From an uncultured Spirochaetota bacterium (GTDB lineage: Bacteria; Spirochaetota; Spirochaetia; SZUA-6; Fen-1364), in assembly GCA_963734545.1 (NCBI GenBank), contig CAVTHO010000004.1, forward strand, positions 192,001 through 256,000: a stretch of 64,000 nucleotides of DNA, in the 5' to 3' direction. The notes beneath the pieces were generated by a model. It was not told where the DNA came from. It ran no database searches and worked only from the letters and a program-made list of their open reading frames with translations. Position numbers and translations under genes: made by a program. This document shows, piece by piece, positions 53,701-63,681 of the stretch (positions within the stretch are counted from its first letter, which is position 1; every line of letters begins with the position of its first letter).

Positions 53701-56314
53701 GCACCAGCCTGTCAGGCCTGGATGAAACCAGTGCTGCCTCGTCCCACCAGGTGGGGTGGTAGCGCACCTTGCTCCACGAATCGATCTGGTCGTCGTAGTG
53801 CCGATTGCCCGCATGACCGCTCTGGCCGGTCGCGTTGATCACGACGGAGCCGGACAAGTTCGACAGATCGATTACCTGGCGCATGGAGGAGATGGCGTAC
53901 ACGTCAAACGGCGCGTTCGGCTTCCAGTCCGTTGAGAATACCTGCTGGAAGCCGCCGCCCACGGGCAGGGGGCCGCGATTGAAGATCCGCTCGATGAGCC
54001 CGATGCCTGATTTCCCGAGGGTCAGATTGCGGAACACCGCGGTATGCGCCTTTCCCCACCGCCATTTTCGCATGTCTTTCCCCTGGGCCTTGGTCCCCCG
54101 CTTGACCGCCGCTTCGAAGGCGCGCACGAGGATGTCGTCCCGCGACTCCTTGACGTCAGGAGTGGACATCCTGTCCCACAGCGGATGCGCCGGGTTTTTC
54201 AAAAGAATATAGACGGTGTTCATGAGCCGTGAATTGCTGTCGAGACCCGTATCGGGGTTCCACAGCGCCGCGGCGAACTTGTCCTTGAAGATTTCTTCCA
54301 GGAGAGACTGCCAGAAACAGGCGTACACCGCCGCCCCGGTGCTCTCCATCTGCATCCTGAAATCCCATTTCATGAGGAGATCACGCGCCTGCGCGGATGC
54401 GCCCGCGAGCGGAAGGCCGGCCAGATAGGGCATGATTTCACGCGCGGAGGTATTGAGAATGTCTCCCTGCATGGCTTCCATGTCGGAGACGGAGAGCTTC
54501 CCGCCCGCCCCCTCCACCATTTCCACGATGCGCTGTGCCCGATAGCCGTTATCGTAGTCCCGGCTGATGAAATACCGATAGGCGTCGCTCGTCACCGGAT
54601 TGTTGGCGGTGACAATATAACCATTTGCCGGGTTGAACGAAAAAGGAAGACTCTCGAAAGGAATGAAACCTGTCCACTCGTATTCGTCCGTCCAGCCGGG
54701 GGACGGGACGGAGCCGTCTCCCTTTTTGCGAATCGGGATCATCCCGGGGCTCTGATATCCTATATTTCCGTCCACGTCCGCGTAGACGAAGTTCTGCGAG
54801 GGAATGTCCCAGAGCTTCAGGCTTTCGCGGAAGTCCGTGAAGTTCCGGGAATCGTCCAGCTGGAGAACGGACCGGAACGTGTGGTTGGCCTGCAGCGCGG
54901 TCCAGCGGAGCGAAAGCGCCTTGAGCTCCAGGTTCATCGGGAACTCACCGTGGGGATTGATGGCGAACCCGCGATAGCCGGCGAAAGACTCCTGGTCGGT
55001 GATGAGCGGACCATGCCGGGTTTCCCGCGCCAGCAGGACGACAGGATCGTCCTGGCGGTGAACGCGTATCTCCTCACGATGAATCTTCATGTCCACCCAG
55101 CGGCCGTTCACCTCGTATTGATTCGGGTTTTCCGGATTTATCCGCTCGATGTAGAGGTCCTGCACGTCGGGATTCAGATTCGTGACGCCCCAGGCAATCC
55201 GGTCATTGTGCCCCACGACGACGCCCGGGGTCCCTGCAAAGGTGAAACCCCGCACGTGGAATGTTCCCCCGGCCCGCTTGCCCATCTGTGCATCCTGGGC
55301 AGAGCAGTACAGGTCGACCTCGTTCCAGATAGAGGGCATCTGGATGCCCAGGTGAGGGTCATTGGCAAGGAGCGGCTTCCCCGAAAGGGTGCGGGACCCG
55401 CTGATCACCCAGTTGTTCGACCCGATCCCCGCGCCGGTGCCGAGGGCCAGGGCCGCGCCGGGATCGAAACCGCCGACGAGGCGCGTGCTTACGCCTGAGA
55501 GAGCGGCGAGCTGTTCGGCGGTGGGCGCCGGGTACGCACCGCCGGACGTGTTCCCGGAGACACCGGAGGCGCCCCTGGAGACGCCGGAGGCGCCCTTCCT
55601 CAGCAGAGTCTGCCTGAGCTCGCTGTCAGGAACGATGAAAGGCATCTCCCCGGCGCGATACTCACCGAAAAAGTCCCGCGTGAGGGAAAGCCCCAGCTTG
55701 TGAATGAGGTCGATCGTGTACATCTCCCGGCGCATGTTCCCGCCGAGGTCCTGCGACATCAGCTTGAGCCATGTGAGGGAGTTCTGGACCACCCACGGCT
55801 CGATCTCGAACTTGACGCCTTGCAGCTTCAGCAGGGCAAACTCCAGGCTGAGCTTTCGGGCCGAGCGATTCAGGATGTATGCGTTCACCCCGTCCGCGTA
55901 GGTCTGAAACACGTCCCGCGTCTCCTGGTCCATGGCCGCGTAGTCCTGATCTGCTGCCCGGCGGAAGCCCACGGTACGCAGGTAGATGTCGGTACCGAGC
56001 GTTGTCTTCCCGAACAGCTCCGACAACCGCCCGGAGCCGATCCGCCGCCAGAACTCCATCTGCCAGAACCGATCCTGCGCGGTCACGTACCCCTGCGCGA
56101 AGTAGAGGTCGTGCATGTTCCGCGCCCGGATGTGCGGCACCCCCAGGCGGTCCCGGAGCACTTCCACCGGCTCGTTCAGGCCCTTGAGGCTCAGCGCGCC
56201 CCGGGTCTGGGGGAACGAGGCGCGGACGGTGACAAGCAGGGTGACGCCCGCGAGCAGAACGATCAAGAGGAGAGCGCCCAGAGCGACGAGAAGGATTCTT
56301 ATCGATCTCCGCAT
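53687..56314 (-). CDS. Penicillin acylase/AHL acylase family Ntn-hydrolase (peptidase S45), N-terminally anchored
   Basis: 'GVPHI', 'AQGYVTAQDRFWQM', beta-chain start 'GSNNW', 'LANDPHL', 'TANN', 'GQSG'. Confidence 0.93.
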   Translation of the reverse strand: MRRSIRILLVALGALLLIVLLAGVTLLVTVRASFPQTRGALSLKGLNEPVEVLRDRLGVPHIRARNMHDLYFAQGYVTAQDRFWQMEFWRRIGSGRLSELFGKTTLGTDIYLRTVGFRRAADQDYAAMDQETRDVFQTYADGVNAYILNRSARKLSLEFALLKLQGVKFEIEPWVVQNSLTWLKLMSQDLGGNMRREMYTIDLIHKLGLSLTRDFFGEYRAGEMPFIVPDSELRQTLLRKGASGVSRGASGVSGNTSGGAYPAPTAEQLAALSGVSTRLVGGFDPGAALALGTGAGIGSNNWVISGSRTLSGKPLLANDPHLGIQMPSIWNEVDLYCSAQDAQMGKRAGGTFHVRGFTFAGTPGVVVGHNDRIAWGVTNLNPDVQDLYIERINPENPNQYEVNGRWVDMKIHREEIRVHRQDDPVVLLARETRHGPLITDQESFAGYRGFAINPHGEFPMNLELKALSLRWTALQANHTFRSVLQLDDSRNFTDFRESLKLWDIPSQNFVYADVDGNIGYQSPGMIPIRKKGDGSVPSPGWTDEYEWTGFIPFESLPFSFNPANGYIVTANNPVTSDAYRYFISRDYDNGYRAQRIVEMVEGAGGKLSVSDMEAMQGDILNTSAREIMPYLAGLPLAGASAQARDLLMKWDFRMQMESTGAAVYACFWQSLLEEIFKDKFAAALWNPDTGLDSNSRLMNTVYILLKNPAHPLWDRMSTPDVKESRDDILVRAFEAAVKRGTKAQGKDMRKWRWGKAHTAVFRNLTLGKSGIGLIERIFNRGPLPVGGGFQQVFSTDWKPNAPFDVYAISSMRQVIDLSNLSGSVVINATGQSGHAGNRHYDDQIDSWSKVRYHPTWWDEAALVSSRPDRLVLNPR

Positions 56315-56422
56315 ACCCTTTCCTTTCCGACGGGCTTTTCTCCTTGTAGCGCGTCACGGGCATCAAGTCAATGACGTCGCCGGGTATTGCCATGATAGGA
56401 ACCTCGCATGGTAGTATCCCGC

Positions 56423-58333
56423 ATGCCCAACCTCGATCCGCGCGGCCCGCGTCGGTACCTTCTGGCGTCCGTCCTCAGCGCTGTGCTGTTCGCTCTTGCG
56501 TTCCCGCTGGCCACGTACCTGGTGCCCGGGGGCGTCTTGTTCGGGGCCGTCATGGTCATTCCCCTCACGCTCTTCGCCTGGAACTGGGGCGAGCGCACGG
56601 GGGTGAGCACCGCCGTGATCGGCATTTTCTACACCGAGGTGGTCTTCTCGACCGTGCATTTCCTCGTTCTTCGCAACCCGGTCACCCCTCTCTGGGCCAT
56701 GGCCACGTTCATCCCGCCGCTCATTTTCCTGTTCGTCGGGACCGTGGTCGGCAGGTTGAGCAACACGCTCCGGGAGCTGCGCTCGACCATGGCGGCGCTG
56801 AAGGACAGCCACGCGCACCTGCATGCCGTGCTGAATGCCATTCCCGATCTCCTTTTCGAGGTCGATCGGAAAGGCCGATTCTACGAGGTCCCGACTCCCC
56901 ACACCGAGCACCTGCTCGCCGCGCCCTCCGTTTTCATCGGCCGGACGGTCGTCGACATGCTTCCCGCGGACGCCGCGGCCATCTGCATGGATGCCCTGGA
57001 AAGGGCCTCCCTGAACGGGGAAGACAAGGGGGCCGCGTACACCCTGGAAGGCGAAACCGGCACCCGATGGTTCGAGCTTTCCATTTCGGCGATCGGCGAC
57101 TCCCGGGCCGAAAATGCGCACTTCATCGTTCTGGTCCGCGAAATAACGGAGCGCAAGAGAGCTGAAATTGAACGCAGAAACATGGAGGAACAGGTCATCC
57201 AGGCGCAGAAGATGGAAGCGGTGGGGAGGCTGGCGGGAGGCATCGCGCACGACTTCAACAATATCCTCATGGTCATCCTGGGCTATTGCGACCTGATCCG
57301 GGAAGTGCCGGAGGACCGGAGAGAGGTCTTGAAGTCCATCGGAATCATACGGGACTCAGCGGAAAAGGCCGCCTCCCTCACGCACCAGCTGCTCGCCTTC
57401 AGCCGCAAGCAGATCATCCAGCCCGCCGTGATGGACCTGAATTCCCTCCTCAAGAAGTCGGAAGAATTGCTGAGGCGTGTCCTGGGTGAGCACGTCGGAT
57501 TGATCGTGCAGCAGAGCGATCGGCCGTGCATGGTGAAAGCCGACCCCGGCCAGCTCCAGCAGGTGATCATGAACCTGGCGGCCAACGCCCGCGACGCGAT
57601 GCCCGGGGGCGGCAAGCTGACGATCGAGGCGCACGTCGTGGAGGTGAAGGAAGGGGATGTCCAGGAGAGGTCCGACATCGCACCGGGCGCCTATGCGATG
57701 GTGTCATTTGCGGACACGGGGGCGGGAATGGACGCGCAGACAGCCGCCCGGATTTTCGAGCCGTTTTTCACGACAAAGGAGCTGGGGAAGGGGACCGGGC
57801 TCGGCCTGTCGATCGTCTACGGGATCATCGAGCAGGCCGAAGGCTACATCACGGTGACCAGCCAGGTCGGCGCCGGTTCAACCTTCTGCGTCTACCTGCC
57901 TCTCACCCGGGATTCCGGGGAGACGCGGAACAAGTCAAAGGACAGGCCGCACCGGGGCACCGAGACGATCCTTCTCGTGGAAGACGAAGATGCGGTGCGC
58001 AACCTCATCCTCCTCAACCTGACCAGCCGCGGATATGCCGTGCTGGAGGCCAGGAACGGCGCGGAAGCGGTGAAGATCTGCCAGGTCCACGACGGGCCCA
58101 TCCACCTGCTGCTCACGGATGTCGTCATGCCGGGAATGGGCGGAGGAAAAGTGGCCGAGCACGTGAGGGCCTGCCGCCCGGATGCGCGCATCCTCCTGAT
58201 GACCGGATACACGAGCAGGTTCGAAGAGCTGGAGCAATCCCTCGGTGAGCCGCTGCGCATCCTCCACAAGCCGTTCGACATGCAGGAATTGCATCTGTCG
58301 GTCCAGAAAGCGCTCGAGGGGACCCCCGGCTGA
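56423..58333 (+). CDS. Membrane hybrid histidine kinase (TM-PAS-HisKA-HATPase-REC)
   Basis: About 4 N-terminal TM segments, PAS, 'AGGIAHDFNN', 'FEPFFTTK', 'GTGLGL', receiver domain; start 56423 or 56408. Confidence 0.92.
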   Translation: MPNLDPRGPRRYLLASVLSAVLFALAFPLATYLVPGGVLFGAVMVIPLTLFAWNWGERTGVSTAVIGIFYTEVVFSTVHFLVLRNPVTPLWAMATFIPPLIFLFVGTVVGRLSNTLRELRSTMAALKDSHAHLHAVLNAIPDLLFEVDRKGRFYEVPTPHTEHLLAAPSVFIGRTVVDMLPADAAAICMDALERASLNGEDKGAAYTLEGETGTRWFELSISAIGDSRAENAHFIVLVREITERKRAEIERRNMEEQVIQAQKMEAVGRLAGGIAHDFNNILMVILGYCDLIREVPEDRREVLKSIGIIRDSAEKAASLTHQLLAFSRKQIIQPAVMDLNSLLKKSEELLRRVLGEHVGLIVQQSDRPCMVKADPGQLQQVIMNLAANARDAMPGGGKLTIEAHVVEVKEGDVQERSDIAPGAYAMVSFADTGAGMDAQTAARIFEPFFTTKELGKGTGLGLSIVYGIIEQAEGYITVTSQVGAGSTFCVYLPLTRDSGETRNKSKDRPHRGTETILLVEDEDAVRNLILLNLTSRGYAVLEARNGAEAVKICQVHDGPIHLLLTDVVMPGMGGGKVAEHVRACRPDARILLMTGYTSRFEELEQSLGEPLRILHKPFDMQELHLSVQKALEGTPG

Positions 58334-58337
58334 ACCT

Positions 58338-58447
58338 GGGCCCCCGTCTTCGCCCGAAGGGCCCCCGTCTTCGCCCGAAGGGCCCCCGTCTTCGCCCGAA
58401 GGGCCCTCGTCTTCGCCCGAAGGGCCCTCGTCTTTGCCCGAAGGGCC
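58338..58447. repeat. 21-bp tandem repeat, about 5.2 copies
   Basis: GGGCCCCCGTCTTCGCCCGAA x3, then GGGCCCTCGTCTTCGCCCGAA, GGGCCCTCGTCTTTGCCCGAA, GGGCC; followed by ATTTTTT. Confidence 0.95.
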
Positions 58448-58514
58448 ATTTTTTCACTTACCCTTGCGCGGAGGGCCTGCAAATTCGATAATTTCGGGTA
58501 GGCAGGCCTTGAGA

Positions 58515-59171
58515 ATGAAATCCGAACCAGAGCTGAGAGAGGAATTGAGACAGGTCGAGACCCAGATTGCCGCGATAGTCAGACGGGTCAAGAGCGTGGA
58601 CGGGGTGCTGAACGTGAACCTGACCTCCCCGCACGCGCCCGGGTCCGTCGCCGCCATCAAGGAGTATCTTGCCTGGCTCGACGGGGTCGAGGCATTGGGC
58701 CTCTCATACGTCAACGGGAATATCGTGACCCAGAGGCTCCGGCTTTTCTATACCCGCCCGGAAAAGAAAGAAACGAGGGACTCCGATCCCTACCCGCGCA
58801 TGCGGGAAGTGAAGAACCTGCTGGAAGCGGTACGGCACAAGGACCAGGCGAATCTCGTCCTCCTGCGGGGAAAGCGGCATATCCTGAATACTCAGATTCA
58901 AAAACTGGAACGGGACACCACCAATCGCGCGGGGCGTCACTCCGGGTTCGGGGGGCTGAAAAGGCGGATCCAGTTCGCAATCTGGCTCCAGATCACCGTG
59001 GTGGTGCTCATCATTCTCCTCGGAGGGGTGGTCTTCGAATCATTGCAAACCCGAGATCATCCATTTTGTCCGATCAACCGTGGGGCTGCGGGACAGCCCT
59101 TCCGGTCCCACGGCTCCGAGCGCGCAGGAGCAGGGCCGCACCCGGCGGGGCTTTCCGGACCGGACCGCTAG
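58515..59171 (+). CDS. Hypothetical helical protein with one C-terminal TM segment
   Basis: 218 codons from ATG 58515; amphipathic helices and 'FAIWLQITVVVLIILLGGVVF'; no family recognised. Confidence 0.55.
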   Translation: MKSEPELREELRQVETQIAAIVRRVKSVDGVLNVNLTSPHAPGSVAAIKEYLAWLDGVEALGLSYVNGNIVTQRLRLFYTRPEKKETRDSDPYPRMREVKNLLEAVRHKDQANLVLLRGKRHILNTQIQKLERDTTNRAGRHSGFGGLKRRIQFAIWLQITVVVLIILLGGVVFESLQTRDHPFCPINRGAAGQPFRSHGSERAGAGPHPAGLSGPDR

Positions 59172-59173
59172 AG

Positions 59174-59243
59174 TCCGCGGAATACCGCGGCGCACAATTC
59201 CGCGGAATACCGCGGCGCCCCAATCCGCGGAATACCGCGGCGC
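59174..59243. repeat. Palindromic 20-bp unit x3 at 25-bp period between convergent genes
   Basis: TCCGCGGAATACCGCGGCGC at 59174, 59199 and 59224, separated by ACAAT and CCCAA. Confidence 0.95.
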
Positions 59244-59244
59244 C

Positions 59245-60069
59245 CTAGTTCAGGCTGCCCTCGAGCCTGATGGGGAAGATGAACCACCCGTACGGCGTGC
59301 CGAGTCGGATGGTGCCCGTAACGGCGAACTTCTTGTCCGGGGATTGCGCGAGGTTGAGCGCCATGCCGAGGGTCTTCCCCGGTGTGTTCTCCATGCGCAG
59401 CCTGACGATTCCCGATTCACCCGGCTGCATTTCCGTGGACTGCTCGGTATGGAGGAGACTGTACCTCCTCTCGTTGAGCTCCAGGAAAGTCTGGACCGTA
59501 TCCACCGAGAAGGCAAAGGTGTTCGTATTCTTTACGCTGAAGGTCAGCGAAAAAGAATCGCTGAACGGCACCCCCTGCACCCCGACCAGGGCCACAACAG
59601 GAATGCGGGGGATGGGGATGGTGATGGTATCCGTGAACGGGATGGGGTCGAATCCGTTTTTTGCCGCGGGATACACTTCGCCGCGGAAGGTCACTCGCAC
59701 GCTCTCTTCGGAAAGGACGTCCACGACCTGCTTGGCGATGTCATCCATCGCTATCTGGAAAGGGAATGTGACGGTCTGATTGCCGCCGCCGTTCGTGCGC
59801 TTCATTCCGTTGAACGTGTCGGTGAACAGCTCCTTGTCGAACAGGTCCACCGCGTAATCGACCTTTTCGAAATCAAGGGGAATGGTCATGACGTTGTGGA
59901 TCAGTATCTTCGCCTGGAACTTCACCAGGTCAGGCGTAAAGGAGAGGGATTCGAGCTGGCTCACCCGGACGGTCGGGGGGGCGGAAAGAACCGGTTCCTG
60001 GCTCGCGCAGCCGACCAGAACAATCGCGAGCACGCTGCCGGCCAGTAACAATGGAAAAGTCTTTTTCAT
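59245..60069 (-). CDS. LEA_2/WHy-domain lipoprotein (two domains)
   Basis: GGAGGAGG RBS, lipobox LVGC; 'PTVRV', 'IHNVMTIPL..VDY', second 'VKNTNTFAF'. Confidence 0.75.
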   Translation of the reverse strand: MKKTFPLLLAGSVLAIVLVGCASQEPVLSAPPTVRVSQLESLSFTPDLVKFQAKILIHNVMTIPLDFEKVDYAVDLFDKELFTDTFNGMKRTNGGGNQTVTFPFQIAMDDIAKQVVDVLSEESVRVTFRGEVYPAAKNGFDPIPFTDTITIPIPRIPVVALVGVQGVPFSDSFSLTFSVKNTNTFAFSVDTVQTFLELNERRYSLLHTEQSTEMQPGESGIVRLRMENTPGKTLGMALNLAQSPDKKFAVTGTIRLGTPYGWFIFPIRLEGSLN

Positions 60070-60103
60070 CAGGATCCTCCTCCATGCGCGAGCTTCGATG
60101 TTC

Positions 60104-60132
60104 AGACTACGAGGAGGCCTCCGCGCTGTCAA
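60104..60132 (-). promoter_or_regulatory. sigma70-type promoter for the LEA_2 lipoprotein gene
   Basis: TTGACA-17 bp-TAGTCT on the minus strand. Confidence 0.6.
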
Positions 60133-60345
60133 CTAAGCGAGGAGATTGACCTTGGTGCCGGTTTCCTCGTCGGTGGGATTGATCTTCAGGGTCTGGGCAG
60201 GCTGAGGGGCAGCCTTCTTTGCGTCATCCTGATCGCCGTCCGGCTCCCGATCGATCGCCGTTTCAGGTCGGGGGGACATCATGGCGTTGCGTGCGGCCCA
60301 TTGCCACTGACCGTTGTCAGAATCGATTCTCATGGGTATTGCCAT
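60133..60345 (-). CDS. Small hypothetical protein ending GTKVNLLA
   Basis: 70-codon ORF directly behind a near-consensus promoter; acidic, likely disordered. Confidence 0.6.
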   Translation of the reverse strand: MAIPMRIDSDNGQWQWAARNAMMSPRPETAIDREPDGDQDDAKKAAPQPAQTLKINPTDEETGTKVNLLA

Positions 60346-60356
60346 CCTTATATAGT

Positions 60357-60385
60357 AGTATATGCATGTTCTGCATCCCTGTCAA
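60357..60385 (-). promoter_or_regulatory. Near-consensus sigma70 promoter
   Basis: TTGACA-17 bp-TATACT on the minus strand. Confidence 0.75.
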
Positions 60386-60401
60386 TGGAAGCGCTGCCGT
60401 C

Positions 60402-61506
60402 TCAACCCTTCGCGGGAGGGTCGACCGCGGGCTCCTGCTGCGTCAGGCAGTGGAGCGTTCCCAGGCCCCACACAAGGTCCACCGCGTGTATGCCGACCAC
60501 CGCGCGATCGGGAAACAGGTCCGCCAGGATGCCGAGAGCCAGGCGATCATTCGGATCGTTGAATGTCGGAACGAGCACGGCCTGGTTCGTGATGTAGAAA
60601 TTAGCGTAGCTGGCGGGCAGCCGCTGGCCCTGCAGGTACAGGGGGGCGGGCATCGGAACGAACGCCAGCTCGGCCCGTCCGCCGTCTTCCAGTCGAAAGC
60701 CCTCGGCGCGTTCCCGGTTTTCCTCAAGCGCCCGGTAGTTGGCGTCCTGTGGATTGGACTCGCGGCAGAGGACGAGCGTTCCCGGGCGGACGAACCGGCA
60801 CAGGTCATCGACATGCCCGTGCGTGTCGTCACCTGCGATGCCTTTTCCGAGCCACAGCACGTTCCGGGCGCCGAGATTCTCGGCCAGGATGAGGCCAAGG
60901 TCCTCCTTGTCGAGGCCCGGATTGCGCGCCTGGATATTCCCGTCCAGCAGGCATTCCTCCGTCGTGATCAGGCTCCCACGGCCATTGACGTCTGATGCTT
61001 CCGCCCTCCAGCACGACGGGTTTCTTATTGAAGAGAACGGGAAAGAACGTTCGGCGCGTGGCAGCCGCTATGCGCGCGGGAACCCGGCAGTCCAGGTCCC
61101 AGTCGGGGTACTTGGCCCAGGCATTGAACTTGAATCCGGCTATCGCCAGCTCCCGCCGTCCGCGCTGTTCGCGCCGGAGATGGATCGGCCCGGTGTCTCG
61201 CGTCCAGCCGCGATTGGTGGGGATGCGGAAGAATTCGACCTTGCCGGGATCCACGCCGACCCGCGTGAGGATGCGCCGCGCCTGCTCTTCGCTGGCGGAG
61301 GTGTTCACCAGGATGCGGAGGTTCTCGCCGAGCGTAACCTTGCGCGCTATCTCTCCGTACACCCACTGGACCGGCGCGATCTTTCCCGGCCAATCCCCGC
61401 GGTTGTGCGGCCACGCGATCCATGTTGCGGCGTGCAGCTCCCACTCCGCAGGCATCCGGAAGCCGTTCGAGGCGGGTGATCCCTGCATGACGGTGCGGCC
61501 GGTCAT
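60402..61506 (-). CDS. aguA: Agmatine deiminase family protein (frameshift near 60995)
   Basis: 'RMPAEW', 'WTRDTGP', 'FNAW', 'VLEGGSI', then 'DDTHGHVD', 'ASYANF', 'GTLHCLTQQ'. Confidence 0.92.
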
Positions 61507-62399
61507 TCCGGGTCGATGAAACGCTTGTCGATGCCCTGGTAGGAATCGATCCGCCGATCCCGCAGGAAAGGCCAGTTGCGCCGCACCTCTTCGATGCGTG
61601 ACGGGTCGACCTCGCCGATCACGATCTCTTCCCTGCCGTCGCCGCTTGCCCGCGCGATCACTGCTCCAAAAGGATCCGCGATGAAGCTGGCGCCCCAGAA
61701 TTCGATTCCCGCGCCGTCGGACGGCTTCTCAAGCCCCGTGCGATTGACCGCCGCAACGTACACGCCGTTGGCAATGGCATGGCCGCGCTGGACGGTCTGC
61801 CAGGCATCGAGCTGCGCGCCGCCATGCGACGCTTTCTCGTGCGGGTGCCAGCCGATGGCCGTGGGGTAGAAAAGGATGTCGGCGCCGCGCAGCGAGGTGA
61901 GACGCGCCGCTTCGGGGTACCACTGGTCCCAGCAGATGAGAGTACCGATCTTTCCGACGGGCGTATCGAAAGCCCGGTACCCCAGGTCACCCGGCGCAAA
62001 GTAGAACTTCTCGTAGAACGACGGATCGTCCGGGATGTGCATCTTTCGATAGACCCCGTCGATCCGGCCGTCGGGCCCGATGACCGCGGCGCTGTTGTGA
62101 TAGAGGCCGGCGGCGCGCTGCTCGAAGACAGGCACGATTGCCGTGATCTTTTTTTCCCTGGCCACGGCGCCGATGACGTCTGTCGAGGGACCGGGTATGG
62201 TCTCCGCCAGGTTGAAGAGCTCCGCGTCTTCCCGCTGGCAGAAGTACCGGGTGCGGAAAAGCTCCGGCAGGCAGATGACCTGGGCGCCCGCCCCCGCCGC
62301 TTCGCGGACGAACTGCACGGCCTTGTCCAGGTTCACGCGCGAATCGACATCCGCCGCCATCTGGACGAGGCCCACGGTGAACGGGTCGCGGTGCTTCAT
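61503..62399 (-). CDS. aguB: N-carbamoylputrescine amidase (carbon-nitrogen hydrolase)
   Basis: 'LPELF', 'YRKMHIPDD', 'ICWDQWYPE', 'YPTAIGW', 'WPFLRDRR'; overlaps the aguA start. Confidence 0.92.
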   Translation of the reverse strand: MKHRDPFTVGLVQMAADVDSRVNLDKAVQFVREAAGAGAQVICLPELFRTRYFCQREDAELFNLAETIPGPSTDVIGAVAREKKITAIVPVFEQRAAGLYHNSAAVIGPDGRIDGVYRKMHIPDDPSFYEKFYFAPGDLGYRAFDTPVGKIGTLICWDQWYPEAARLTSLRGADILFYPTAIGWHPHEKASHGGAQLDAWQTVQRGHAIANGVYVAAVNRTGLEKPSDGAGIEFWGASFIADPFGAVIARASGDGREEIVIGEVDPSRIEEVRRNWPFLRDRRIDSYQGIDKRFIDPE

Positions 62400-62471
62400 A
62401 GCCGGTGAGCGTACACAAAGATCGATTTCTGTCCAATGGACACGCGCCGACATCGGTGGCAAAGTGGGTGG

Positions 62472-63677
62472 ATGAGATTCGAAAACCTGCTGGCTCCGCG
62501 TACGCGCGTCATGGGCGCGAGCGCCATCCGGGAAATCCTGAAGGTCGTGGCGCAGCCCGGCATGATCTCTCTTGCCGGCGGCATTCCCGCGCCGGAAAGC
62601 TTCCCCCTGGAGCTCATGGGGGCGCTCACGGAAACCGTTCTCACGCGGTTCGGCTCCGCCGCCCTCCAGTACGACCGCACGGAAGGCTTCGCGCCGCTCC
62701 AGGCTGCCCTGGCGGACCGGCTGGGGACCCGGGGCATTCAGGCGGCAGCGGACGATGTCCTTATCACGAGCGGCTCCCAGGGGACCCTGGACGCCATCGG
62801 CAAGCTGCTGATAGCGCCGGGGGACTCGGTTGCCGTGGAAGCACCCACGTACCTCGGCGCTCTCCAGGCATTCAGCCCCTATGAGCCGGAATACCAGACA
62901 CTGGAGACCGACGACGACGGGCTCATTCCCGAGTCCCTGGAAGAGGTGCTGAAGCACAAGCGGGTGAAGTTCATCTATCTGGTCCCGACCTTCCAGAACC
63001 CCACCGGCCGCTCCCTGCCCCTGTCACGAAGGCGCAAGGTAGCCGCGCTCATCCAGCGGCACGACGCGCTCCTTGTGGAAGACGACCCGTACAGCGAGCT
63101 GCGCTACCGCGGAGAGCCGCTTCCCTCGCTCAAGTCGATGGCACCCGGGCATGTCGTCTACACGAGCACGCTCTCCAAGGTGCTGGCCCCCGGTCTTCGC
63201 GTCGGGTACGTGCTGGCACCGGAGCCCATCGCGCGGTGGCTCGTGATCGTGAAGCAGGGCGTAGACCTGCACACCAGCACTTTCTCCCAGGCGCTGGCCG
63301 CGGAGTACATTGCCGGCGGGCACCTGGACAGGCACCTGCCGAAGATTCTCGACTTCTACCGCCCGCGCCAGGAGGCCATGCTCGCCGCGCTGGACGAATA
63401 TTTCCCGCGCGAGTTCCACTGGTCGAAGCCCGACGGGGGAATGTTCATCTGGGTGGAAGGGCCGGATGAGCTGAACACGGACGAGCTGGCTCATGCATGC
63501 ATTCGTCGCTGTGTCGCCTATGTCCCCGGCAGGTATTTCTACCCGGGCGCCGGCCAGGGGCTGGGAACGATGAGGCTGAACTACACGATGACGGACCCTC
63601 CGACGATTCGAAACGCGATACGGATCGTGGCAGAGGTCTTCCGCGCGGCCCAATCCGCCGCGCGCGGCTCCGCCTGA
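62472..63677 (+). CDS. PLP-dependent aminotransferase class I/II (LysN/2-aminoadipate-like)
   Basis: 'ISLAGGIP', 'ITSGSQ', 'PTFQNPTG', 'EDDPY', 'TLSKVLAPGLRVG', 'GGMFIW'. Confidence 0.92.
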   Translation: MRFENLLAPRTRVMGASAIREILKVVAQPGMISLAGGIPAPESFPLELMGALTETVLTRFGSAALQYDRTEGFAPLQAALADRLGTRGIQAAADDVLITSGSQGTLDAIGKLLIAPGDSVAVEAPTYLGALQAFSPYEPEYQTLETDDDGLIPESLEEVLKHKRVKFIYLVPTFQNPTGRSLPLSRRRKVAALIQRHDALLVEDDPYSELRYRGEPLPSLKSMAPGHVVYTSTLSKVLAPGLRVGYVLAPEPIARWLVIVKQGVDLHTSTFSQALAAEYIAGGHLDRHLPKILDFYRPRQEAMLAALDEYFPREFHWSKPDGGMFIWVEGPDELNTDELAHACIRRCVAYVPGRYFYPGAGQGLGTMRLNYTMTDPPTIRNAIRIVAEVFRAAQSAARGSA

Positions 63678-63681
63678 TCGC

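Noticed and set aside
58338-59243. The two repeat arrays as CRISPR arrays
   Set aside because: One has no spacers and the other has 5-nt linkers; no cas operon nearby
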